Part shown: piece by piece, positions 38,476 through 48,200 of the stretch
Numbering within the stretch: the first letter of the stretch is position 1
Layout: the number at the start of each line of letters is the position of its first letter
DNA from: a virus
Lineage: Duplodnaviria > Caudoviricetes
Reading direction: 5' to 3' (one strand)
Length of the DNA: 64,000 bases
IMG/VR virus record: IMGVR_UViG_3300025314_000014
Coordinates: 4,371 to 68,370 of that record
Notes under the pieces: model-generated
What the model was told of the DNA's origin: nothing
The model's database searches: none
Seen by the model: the letters and a program-made list of their open reading frames with translations, nothing else
Program-made: the position numbers and the translations under genes

Positions 38476-39752
38476 GTCTTCCTTATTCTAAGTGCTACGG
38501 TACACATCTGTGCTGTGGCAGGAGCGCCCGTCACATCAAATTCGAGGATGCTCTTGTCGGGTATCGCGGCGGAAAGCCCCGTGGCTTCGTTTTTCTGCAC
38601 ACCCGTTGTGGACGGCGCTACTAAATTGTTCCCCACCGTGGGGAAGTTCGCGTAGGTGTCATAGTCAATGTCCACGGTGATGTTCTCGGCAGCCGATAGC
38701 AGGATGCGCCACTCTTCCAGTACCCCAGGCCCAGGAACCTCAGCCCAGCCCTTGACTCCAGTTGTGATAGCCGCGCCGCCGCCATTGATGATGAAGTTGA
38801 TGGTGTAGTAGTCTGCCTCAAAGGCATAGGTTGTCACCCCAGTCTGCCGCATGAAGTGGCCGTCCACGCCTGAAGATGTGGTGTGGTCGGACGCGCCTTC
38901 GAGGTCGTGGGAGCGGGTGTGGTCATTAGCGTGGGCCGTACTGTGTGTCGTTACGGTGGTACTTGTGTGCCCGTGACTATCATCAGCGATAACCAACGCC
39001 CCTAGTGTTCCCGTAGCGTCTCCCCCCGCAGCCGAGGCCGAGTGCAAGAGCGTATTCGCCCCCGCACCATGGACTCCAGTTGTCGCAACGTCGTGCGCTC
39101 CTACGTCCACCCCATCTACGTTACCGGAGACAACAATGTTCCCCGTCACATCCAGGCCGCCGAGCGCGTACAGTTTGCCGTCCTGGTCTAGCCGCATCTT
39201 CACCGCCGCTGTCGGCGAGCCGTTAGGACAGACCCAGAACTCAAGTTTGGTGCCGTAATTAAGAACACCAAACGCTTCAGTCGCTATGGCGTACAGCGCC
39301 GCCCCCGTCCCGTAGGCAGGGACTTCAGTAGCGCCTCCAGCCCACTGAAACCCTCCCAGGTAGTCGCCCGCTGTTACAATGTAAGTTGGGGTGCCGTCTC
39401 TGGCCCTACGGAGAACGAAAAATGGGGCCAAGCTGGGTGTATCTGACCCAGAATAAGTACCTATGAACTTAGTCGGTGACGTAGGTGTGGTGGCGAAACT
39501 GACTGCTGTAAGCTGACCGACCCCCGTAACGTTACCTCCGGCATCGCAAAGGACAAGGGAATCCTGAACACCCCTAGCCCCACCTGAGCCGCGAACCAGC
39601 GCGGTGTCGGCGAGGACAGCAGCAGCGGTAACATCGTTGGTGTTGGAGTGGTGCCCAGACGGAGTAGTGCCCCCGTGGTCAGCAGTCAAGACATAGATAG
39701 AGTGGGTATGTCCTGACGTGGCGAAGTAAGATGGAAGTTTCTTGAGTCTCAT
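38472..39752 (-). CDS. Tail fibre protein
   Basis: Gly/Thr/His-rich with HxH motifs (HTH, HGH, HAN); mosaic fibre-like segments. Confidence 0.7.
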   Translation of the reverse strand: MRLKKLPSYFATSGHTHSIYVLTADHGGTTPSGHHSNTNDVTAAAVLADTALVRGSGGARGVQDSLVLCDAGGNVTGVGQLTAVSFATTPTSPTKFIGTYSGSDTPSLAPFFVLRRARDGTPTYIVTAGDYLGGFQWAGGATEVPAYGTGAALYAIATEAFGVLNYGTKLEFWVCPNGSPTAAVKMRLDQDGKLYALGGLDVTGNIVVSGNVDGVDVGAHDVATTGVHGAGANTLLHSASAAGGDATGTLGALVIADDSHGHTSTTVTTHSTAHANDHTRSHDLEGASDHTTSSGVDGHFMRQTGVTTYAFEADYYTINFIINGGGAAITTGVKGWAEVPGPGVLEEWRILLSAAENITVDIDYDTYANFPTVGNNLVAPSTTGVQKNEATGLSAAIPDKSILEFDVTGAPATAQMCTVALRIRKT

Positions 39753-39781
39753 CTATAAAGACCCCCGCCGTATACAGCTTT

Positions 39782-39810
39782 ATTATAACACATTTTCACT
39801 AGTTTGTCAA
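39782..39810 (-). promoter_or_regulatory. Sigma70-type promoter of the fibre cluster
   Basis: TTGACA-17-TATAAT with TGn; flanks nearly identical to the promoter at 45243. Confidence 0.85.
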
Positions 39811-39814
39811 GTCC

Positions 39815-40850
39815 CTAATTGATTAGTGTTTGAACCACACAGCGATAAGCTGAGTCTGTTCCTGAGTAGGTGATTCGTACTAGTCCAATTTCTCCCTCAA
39901 ACTCCACTACCTCAGCAGTCTTTAAGGTGAATTGGTCTTCATAACCAGTGCCAAATCTGGCCATTTCTATGAGTATGTTGCCTGTCCCATCGCAGGCAAT
40001 GTAGCCCTTGACAGGGGGGTACTTGTGCAGAGTGGAGTCCGCGTTGATTGTTATAACGTGAGGACTATCACCTACAACAAAGCTTGTGTCTTCATCAACT
40101 ACCCACGCCATTATCCACCAACCACCATACCATCTGCAGAAAGAGGACTCCAGCGAGCGTAGAAGTCTATATCACCAGCCGTTAGAGCAGCTGTAGCAAT
40201 GGTGAGTATTACATCTTGGCCATTAGCCACAATCCATGTTCTGGGTATTGCAGCTGGGTCTAGTATCTCCTTCGTCAGAGTGGGAGTAGCGTCTATCCAC
40301 ACCTCATCAGCAAGCAAGTCTGTTCCAGTAGTTAGGGCTACAAATGCCGCTGTGTCACCAGAGACACCAAGTTGAATTGTAGCTGTTGCCCCAGTTAGGC
40401 TGACATTACAGATACCAAAGGTCTGGATTAATACATCTCCAGTGACGGTGAAAATAGTATATGCTCCAGTAGCACCAGTGTCATCTGTAAAGTTCCAGTT
40501 TCCACGGGCTACGTAAGTTGGGGCTCCTGGTGCTGAACGTTCTATCTTCATCGCTAGTTCCCGTAACTCACTTGAATTGTGCCACTAGTCGCACCCACAC
40601 GGATGAATTGTGCTTGTGTAATCTGTTCAGCACTGTCGAGAGTGAGAACGTCCCCAGGCTCTAGCAAGTGCCCCACAGTAGCAGTGGGTGTAGTTCCGTC
40701 TAATGTGAACCTTATCTGTGCGGTCTCAACAGTAATTGTAGCAAAAGTGGCATTAAGTTTAGTAGCGTCCGTTAACTCCACTGCTGTTCCAGCAACAGTC
40801 ACAGTTTCATACGCGTGGTAATCTCCTGGTGTCATTGAAAATCGAGCCAT
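39815..40850 (-). other. Three small beta-rich putative virion proteins
   Basis: ORFs 39815..40111, 40111..40551 and 40554..40850. Confidence 0.6.
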
Positions 40851-40853
40851 AAT

Positions 40854-41447
40854 TTACCCTCTATTCGCTAGAATCTCTAGCAGTTTGCGACGCTCTTCAC
40901 GGTCTTGCGCCTCGATGTCATCTCGCTGTGAGTCCTTCTCGCGCCTCAGCATATCCTTAATGATTGCAAACTCCGTGTTGTGCCTCTTCTCAGCGTGTCG
41001 GTCTCGCTGGTATTCCGACTGTAGACTACCTGCAGGACACACCGCAAAGCCATACTTGTCAAACTCAGCCCGACGGGGATGGTCAGCGTGTAGCCAACAG
41101 AGTTCCGTACCCTTCGGAGGTCGGAAACCAGGGTCACGAAGAGTGAATACTAGCTCCCCTGTGAACGGCCCATCGTTATACCGCTGCTTCAGTTTGGGTG
41201 ACAAGTTGTTAATGTTGATAATACTGGGGTCACCCGTCTGACGATTGTACAGAGTTACATACCCCGCACTCTCAACAGACGCCACCACACTTGGGAAGGG
41301 AGTTTCCTCACTCTTTCCTGTGTCTACAATAGTTCCAGGCGGCATATCCCCTGGTTCCTGTGCCCTGTCCATGTCTCCCTGAAGGAAGGCAATGATTTCC
41401 TCGTTGTCGTCGGAGTCAGGTGCCATGTTCTGATTGTCCTTAGGCAT
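40854..41447 (-). CDS. Hypothetical protein
   Basis: 197 aa; C/H cluster (CWLH...C...H...H) and charged C-terminus. Confidence 0.6.
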   Translation of the reverse strand: MPKDNQNMAPDSDDNEEIIAFLQGDMDRAQEPGDMPPGTIVDTGKSEETPFPSVVASVESAGYVTLYNRQTGDPSIININNLSPKLKQRYNDGPFTGELVFTLRDPGFRPPKGTELCWLHADHPRRAEFDKYGFAVCPAGSLQSEYQRDRHAEKRHNTEFAIIKDMLRREKDSQRDDIEAQDREERRKLLEILANRG

Positions 41448-41844
41448 AGTGCTTTTTCCCCTTTCTGTATGCCCTAATTCCCTCGTTCAAGTCGTTGTAC
41501 CTTCGCCAGAACTTCTCGGAATCTGGCACTGGTATCGCCTCGTGCAAGTAACTTGGCTCGTTCAGTCGCAGGGTTTCAGCCATTTCCTTTAGCTCTCCCA
41601 CTGTATGTACCCAAAAGCTGGGAATACGGAACTGAATAGCGTCGAAGTCTGAGGCCAAACCCAAGTCCTCTCGGTATTCAGCCAATTGGTCGTTACGATT
41701 TACTATGATGATTTGGTAGCGGCGCATTGTCTGCCCCACTCCCGTGATGGCATCCGACAGAGGAGAGAGGAGGTTAACTTCGGATAGACCGTATGCCAAT
41801 TCGTCGGCGTACACTACGGTCGCTGGAAACGTAAGCCCTTCCAC
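41440..41844 (-). CDS. Hypothetical protein
   Basis: 134 aa in the structural operon. Confidence 0.55.
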   Translation of the reverse strand: MEGLTFPATVVYADELAYGLSEVNLLSPLSDAITGVGQTMRRYQIIIVNRNDQLAEYREDLGLASDFDAIQFRIPSFWVHTVGELKEMAETLRLNEPSYLHEAIPVPDSEKFWRRYNDLNEGIRAYRKGKKHYA

Positions 41845-42082
41845 CGTTTTTCTCCCTTATCCTTTCATCTAAGTTTTGCCTAGTTTTGAGTAGTTTCTCT
41901 TCACGTTTGAGAATCTCGGCTAGGCGAGCCTCATCCTCCTCTGTCGCTACCTCGAAGAACACTATTCTTCCTTTTCTTTCTCTGGCTCGGACAACCTAAG
42001 AATTTCATTTTCCAATAGACGGATTTTGACCATAGCCTCACCATATAGTTGAAATAGAAACTCTATAGGTACGTTCATGATA

Positions 42083-42631
42083 TTAACTAACCATCGTCTC
42101 AAGCTTGGCAATCTTCTCGTTCAGAGCCTTGATAGCCAAAACGGTGTACCCAAACGTGTTGATGGGGTTAAGAATCCGCCCCTTGTAATGTGTTGCCCAC
42201 GGAGCTTCGTCAGCCATGATTCCCGTGTATGTAGTGGTTAGGTCGCCCGTAGAGATAACATGCTCATCACTCTCAGCCTTACTCTTGTACTGGAAGTCAT
42301 ACACAGGAGTTGCAATTATCTGAGAGAGCACTTCCTGTGCATCGGTTCGTTCCCCCTGAACATTCTTATATTCACGGAGGCAGGCGGCAGCGGCCCAATC
42401 ACACTCGGCAGCAGCACCACCAGAGGTAAGCTGCTCCCCATCTGCACCAACACCATCTGCACCAGCAGTAATGGTTAGTTCAAATTTAACATCAGCCGAA
42501 AAGATAGCGGCAACTGCTACGTCCAAATCGTTTGCATCAAAGTCAAAAACCTCAGTGCCGTTGTAAACAGCCGCGAGGCGACCATTATGAATATCACGCA
42601 ACCATCCCTTATGAACAGGACTTGTTGCCAT
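42083..42631 (-). CDS. Short fibre protein with peptidase S74-like intramolecular chaperone domain
   Basis: CLREYKNV...PVYDFQYK...GIMADE...LAIKALNEKIAKLE. Confidence 0.7.
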   Translation of the reverse strand: MATSPVHKGWLRDIHNGRLAAVYNGTEVFDFDANDLDVAVAAIFSADVKFELTITAGADGVGADGEQLTSGGAAAECDWAAAACLREYKNVQGERTDAQEVLSQIIATPVYDFQYKSKAESDEHVISTGDLTTTYTGIMADEAPWATHYKGRILNPINTFGYTVLAIKALNEKIAKLETMVS

Positions 42632-42646
42632 TTCGTTTTCCTTTCC

Positions 42647-42715
42647 TAGCAGCTAAGGCTGCACTTGATAGGTGAGGGGTGATTTCACTAGGCTCACCCC
42701 TCGTAAGCCTTGCTA
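42647..42715 (-). terminator. Imperfect stem-loop downstream of capsid genes B
   Basis: GAGGGGTGA(42674-82)/TCACCCCTC(42694-702) with outer AAGGCT/AGCCTT. Confidence 0.5.
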
Positions 42716-42723
42716 TTCAATTG

Positions 42724-43524
42724 TTACGTAGTCCACTCACGGAAGCCCCGTGCCCAGAAGTAGTCACACTCCAGAAGAGGGTCACCTGTAGATTCCGCCA
42801 GGAGATACAGCACGGGGTAAACTAGCGCCGTCTGGTCGAAAGTACCTGCCCTAAGTTCGGCAACAGGGGTCAACCCAAGCTGGTTCCCCATCCCAGGCCC
42901 ACCGAAGTAGCCAGAGCACTTACCGCTAGGAGCAATCTCGACCTTAGCGACGTACCACGAATCTGCAGTGATAGTGCAACCAGCGCGGATACCCAAGGCA
43001 CCAAGCGTGGTCGAGCCCTCACGAGCAAAATCGAGGGCAGCGGTCGTGGCCTCTGCCCCGTCCAGTGAGTAGTGGAATCTGAAGTCATCCGTGGTGGCAC
43101 CCGTGTCAGCGTAGAAACCAACCGCGTTACCAGCATCGTTTGAAGTCAGAGTCGAGCCACTCAGAGTGAACGGGTTAATGGGCTCGGCCAAGGCAACCGT
43201 CTCGGCCCAACCCACGAATACACGCAGGTCTGTCGCTGAGGCACCCTTGAACCGCGCACCCATACTAATAGTACCGTTGGTGGAGGGCTGCATCGGCGCA
43301 CCGAACATAGCAATACCGTCACCGGCTCCGGCAGCGCCACTGAAGGAAGCAACACCACCGGACTCGTCTACTGTGTTGATGAAGTCAACAGCACCGCTCA
43401 CGGCAACCAAAGAGATTTGGTTATACCGTGTGCCCGCTGTTGCGTCTGCAATTGAGGCGGTGGCATTATAACCACCAAAGTCCTCGAAAAATCCTATTCG
43501 GCCAAATTCGTCCTGAATGGCCAT
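42724..43524 (-). CDS. Putative capsid-associated protein
   Basis: 266 aa beta-rich protein directly after MCP B. Confidence 0.5.
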   Translation of the reverse strand: MAIQDEFGRIGFFEDFGGYNATASIADATAGTRYNQISLVAVSGAVDFINTVDESGGVASFSGAAGAGDGIAMFGAPMQPSTNGTISMGARFKGASATDLRVFVGWAETVALAEPINPFTLSGSTLTSNDAGNAVGFYADTGATTDDFRFHYSLDGAEATTAALDFAREGSTTLGALGIRAGCTITADSWYVAKVEIAPSGKCSGYFGGPGMGNQLGLTPVAELRAGTFDQTALVYPVLYLLAESTGDPLLECDYFWARGFREWTT

Positions 43525-43564
43525 TATTTAGTTGTCCTTTCTACCTCGTCCTGAGGTGATTGGG

Positions 43565-44443
43565 TTACGACGTGGGTGCGGTAGCATCACTCATGATTTC
43601 GTACAGCCAGTTGCCAACTGAACGTTCGCCATAGGCGTACTCATCGTAGAGGATGACTTCGTCGGCACCACCGCCGAGCTTTTCGTTACGCAGGTTAACC
43701 ATCCGAGGAGAGCGACCCTGCACGAGAATAATCGCTTCCTTGGCGAAGACACCACCCTTGACATCTGGAGTTGCGTCCGCTGCCAGAAGGTTGTCCTCGA
43801 AAATCTGAACACCGGAGATGGAACCTCTAAAGCCTTCCTTGAAGACACGGGCGGTTTCACCTTCGGGGATGTTGTATGTACCAACACCAGCCGTCACCAC
43901 ATCGAACAGGTCTTTAATCTGATAGGGGTGAAGGACAGCGTAGTGTGGGGGGTTGGAGGGTTCTGCTGTTCCGCCAAGGCGGGCACGGGAGGCCGCAGCC
44001 GCAATGTGGCCAGAAGTGAGAGTGTTACCAGTACCAGGGAGAGAGGTCGTAGCACCGTCGAGCATTGTGTGCCCGTCCTGTGCCTTCTTCCTCTCAACCG
44101 CGTTCTGAGCCAGCCCACCAATCTTCGCAAGAGCGTTCTTGGCGATGCGAGCCTTCACTCGGTCGGTAACGACTGTGTGAATTCCGATAACGGACGGGGT
44201 GACGGAGATGAGAGCGTCCGAAAGCTGCTGAGGGTTATCCAACTGTGTCGTTTCAGTGATATTCTGACTTGCCAGAGCAGCGAAACTAACCTCACGCCAG
44301 GACAACCCAGTCCCTTCTCCGAGAGTCTGGTTCTCTACGAGCCGCTGCACCGTGCCCTCGTACTCTCGCACGATACGGGCCGAGGCAACCATCGTAGGTA
44401 GACTATCGCCTAGAGAACCAGTATTGGTTTCTCCTGATGCCAT
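43565..44443 (-). CDS. Major capsid protein B (HK97 fold, different family from MCP A)
   Basis: 292 aa after the scaffold; VLHPYQ..DL, G.ISGV.IFE, terminal YAYGE motifs. Confidence 0.8.
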   Translation of the reverse strand: MASGETNTGSLGDSLPTMVASARIVREYEGTVQRLVENQTLGEGTGLSWREVSFAALASQNITETTQLDNPQQLSDALISVTPSVIGIHTVVTDRVKARIAKNALAKIGGLAQNAVERKKAQDGHTMLDGATTSLPGTGNTLTSGHIAAAASRARLGGTAEPSNPPHYAVLHPYQIKDLFDVVTAGVGTYNIPEGETARVFKEGFRGSISGVQIFEDNLLAADATPDVKGGVFAKEAIILVQGRSPRMVNLRNEKLGGGADEVILYDEYAYGERSVGNWLYEIMSDATAPTS

Positions 44444-44458
44444 TTCTATTTTCCTTTA

Positions 44459-45199
44459 TTAAGTTTGTATCCCCCGCTTGGCAAGAATTTCCTTGAGGAC
44501 TTTGGTTGGTGTGTTCGGGTTTTCGAGGAGTGCATCCTCGTCAGCCGTTGCCACATTACCTGTGGCTCCTGACACATTTTCGTCAGGCCCGCCCTCTTTG
44601 TCTCTGCGAGAGAGTCCATATTCTGTTAGTTTGGCATCCAATTCTGCAGCAAAAGCTTTTTGAGCCGTGGCGATGGACACCTCTATCGCCTGTGATTCCC
44701 GTGCCTTAGATAGACCAATCATGAAATCTACCACGTTGCCTTGCTTATCAATGACATCTTGGTAAACCTCATCAATCCTGTCTTGTCCTAACCCACGGAA
44801 TTCAGGGTGTTCCTTTAGAATACCCTCTAGCGCACCTGAGAACTGCACTGCTGCATCCTGCATACTCCTTGTACTTTGGAGAGTCTGGGCAGTGCGCTTA
44901 CCTAAACCCTCATAGTCCTCATCGTCAACTAAGGACAGCAACTCATCCTGTTCGCGCTGTGCTTTGGAAGCAGCAAGCCTTTGGCTCTGCTCCACTCGCA
45001 TACGCTTCTCGATAGTCGCAGCCCTCTTGTCGGCCTCGGACTGAATTATTTTTGCGAGCCGTTCATCCTTAACCAAAGAAGCAATCTGCTCATCGGTCAA
45101 TGTTACGGTCTTATCCGTCGCATCGGATGTAGTCTCGTCGGTTGTCTCTTTCGTCTGGTCGGTAGACTCCTCGGTGGAAGTCGTATCCTCGTCCAGCAT
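44459..45199 (-). CDS. Capsid scaffolding protein B
   Basis: Acidic N-terminus, coiled coil (IQSEADKRA), upstream of MCP. Confidence 0.7.
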   Translation of the reverse strand: MLDEDTTSTEESTDQTKETTDETTSDATDKTVTLTDEQIASLVKDERLAKIIQSEADKRAATIEKRMRVEQSQRLAASKAQREQDELLSLVDDEDYEGLGKRTAQTLQSTRSMQDAAVQFSGALEGILKEHPEFRGLGQDRIDEVYQDVIDKQGNVVDFMIGLSKARESQAIEVSIATAQKAFAAELDAKLTEYGLSRRDKEGGPDENVSGATGNVATADEDALLENPNTPTKVLKEILAKRGIQT

Positions 45200-45242
45200 G
45201 GAAACCTCCTGTCTTGAAACTAATCATTCTTACCTAATCTTC

Positions 45243-45271
45243 ATTATAACACACTTAGGCAAGTTTGTCAA
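45243..45271 (-). promoter_or_regulatory. Sigma70-type promoter of scaffold-capsid operon B
   Basis: TTGACA-17-TATAAT with TGn. Confidence 0.85.
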
Positions 45272-45284
45272 GTCCTGCACAGAA

Positions 45285-48200
45285 TTATCTCATTCCATAC
45301 AGTTTTGCCCAGTCTACCTTGAGTTCGTCAGATAAATCTTCGTAGGTGAATGGGTAGAAAACTGCCAAATCCCCGTTGGACATCGTTATCTTTTCCTGCT
45401 CATCGCTGAGAACCATACTCTTCAGACCCTCGAAGGTAGCGAAGAAGGCGACAGCAGCAAGCTTAGAATATTGAGGAATAGACCCCATCATTGCTATAAT
45501 CTTTCGGCGGTCGATGGATACACCGGATAGAGTTGCCATGTCGTGTAGAGTAGAGGCCCACTCAAGGAGTTGGTCAACCTGTTTACTTTCGTCTCCAGTG
45601 AGTCCCTTATATTTCGGAGCATCAAACCACCGTCGAAGGTCAGTACGAGTAGAAATTAGGCGAGTATTTGCGTCTTTACCCTTCCTTGACGTAATCCTAC
45701 CATCCTTGCCAGACTCAATGAAGCCTCTCATAGCAGGGGACATCTGGTTCAGGATACTCTGTTGAGCAGCTTTGTACCCCTCTGGGTCGGGAGTAATTCC
45801 ATCCGCTGCCTTATAACTATCATAATTCAGTGCATGATAGTCTCGCAGAAGTTTGATGTCGTTCCCCTGTACTTCGGGCAAGTCATCTGGATTGAGCCCA
45901 AGGTCTAGAAGTGTCTGGTCGTTATATGAGTTCTTTCCAGCATAGGCTTCTGGCAGTACATCCTCTCGAAATGTTACCCCTCCGCCAGCGCGACCCCATT
46001 GAATTTCCTTAGCCCCATCTTCAATATCCTTCTGGAATTGATTATCATTATAACTCTGTCGCTTATCAGAATATTCCTGCCACTTTGAACCAGTCTCTCG
46101 CTGCCACGCATCTACCTCTTCTTGTGCCTTCATAGTACGCGGATAGTTCTCAGGGTCACTCATGAAGACTTGGGGATTTATGTAGTTGTCTACAATATAC
46201 TCGTCAGTCTCCTTGGATTGTGGATTATTTAGACGATACTCTTCCACTCCGATTTCATTACGGAGGGTCTTCTTGGAGACAGGGAACGACCGACCTCCGA
46301 GAAGTGTCCCTATTACATTGGTAGGATTCAATTCCTCTGGGAGTCTCCAATCTCCAGATAGTCCCCTTGCTAGCGTTTCCCGAAGCATATCTTGGCCCAC
46401 AAAGGGGACAAAACGACTGGCTAAATATGCAAGGATGGAATTACGAGTGTCAAGCTTGCGCCCTATGTAATCCGCACGATTGATGAATAGGTCTGAGGCA
46501 AAGGATAGGGCCGGAGATTGCTTGCTGCGGACGAACCTCTCAGTAATATCAAAAACATCTTGAGGACTTTTTGCTTCTGACAGTCTGCCCCCATAGAGCA
46601 TAAGCTGCTGCAATACACCACCAAATCCCACGTTCTGATTTCCCAAACGCACAGTAAGAATCTGGGAGCCATACTTCGTGGGGTCTAGTTTTGGTTCCTG
46701 TCCTAGTATATAAGATAGAGCAACATAACCACCAATAGCTGTAGTTGCCCATCCTGCTAGGAGACGACGCCCAAGATTGCCACGAATTCCTAATCGCCGT
46801 GCGTCCATAATGAGCCGTAAGTACGACTCAAAGTATTGTCCGGCGAATAGAATAGAGTCAGATAGAAGCCTCATTCCTGGGCCACGGTGCATGAGGTCAT
46901 TGGCCGAGAGTCGTCCAGTACCGTGCGACACAACATCGGCCAAAGCACGTCTGGCAGAGGTTATGTCCTTGCCAACGATATTGGGGCCAAATGCTTTCTG
47001 GGCAAGATGTAGATAGTTGCTGTGACCAACCTCTTCCATAAGAGCACGATTCTGCTCATATAGAGAAGCACCAATCATGTTCACCGCCCTATTCCACATA
47101 TGGTTTCCACCCTTCATAAACCACAGTGGGGTGTACTTAGTGCTCCATTTTCCGGCAGTCTTCTCGATACGGTTTAGTAGGTCTGTTGCGCTGAGTTCGG
47201 TGCCCAACATGGGAACACCATCGTCAATCATATCCTGTAGAAGAGGTAAGTGCGAGTGAACCCAAGCATTGTACACGTCTCCATCGACTGCACTGGAGAA
47301 TGTGACTTTCATCATATCTGCGAAAGCAACAGGATTGACAGCAAGAGAGGGCAAGGTCTGTAGCCCGATGAATGACATGTCCGCGCTAGCCCAGACAGGC
47401 TTGAATACTTTGTTGACTTCCCGCAGAAGCTCAAGGCCCTTGACAGCTGTGCCATAGACAATACCACGGTGGTTTAGGCGGAGAGTTCGTTCAACTGTAT
47501 CTGCTACAGACTTAGGGTAGAGCTTGCCTCCAGCAAACGGCTCACGGATTCCTTGTAGCTCTATGTTGATAGAACGGAAAGTCTTTTTCTCGTAAGCAAC
47601 TGTCTTTTGCAGTCGCTTGGCCTGAGAGCGGGCAGTCTTTAGCTCCTTGTTGGTTTGGTCAAGGTCTAGTTCAATAGCTGTAAGATTGCTTCGCAGACGT
47701 TCAGCATTCTTTACCTCACCCGCTGCCTCAGCTAAACGTTCCTCATCAAGCATAACCAGACGAGTTCGGGTCAAGTCCTCTAACTGTGTGGAGAGACTCT
47801 GTGCCTTCTCTCGTGCCTCATCATAAGCCACACGGGTTGCTTGCTGTGCGTGGGGAGTGACCGCGTACTTCTCTAGGTCGTTGGCTAGTTCCTTGACAGC
47901 TATTCGATAGTTTACCTCTTCAATGAATTCTGCTAGGGCCGCAGATGGATTATTTAGATAGACAACTTCCGGTCTCCCTGCCTCGTCGATAGTCTCCCTT
48001 GTGCGAGGCATTTGGTGAGACTGTTTCTGCCCAAGAGGGCCATGACGAGAGGAACGGCGAAGCTCGATGACTTCCCCATCCTGTTCGATAGAGATAGCCA
48101 CGCGGTGGACGTATCGCTTGCCATCAGGTTTGATGAAATTTAAGAAGGCATCATCAAATATACCAGCCCTTACTCCGTCCTCGACGGATTGAAAGGTGAA

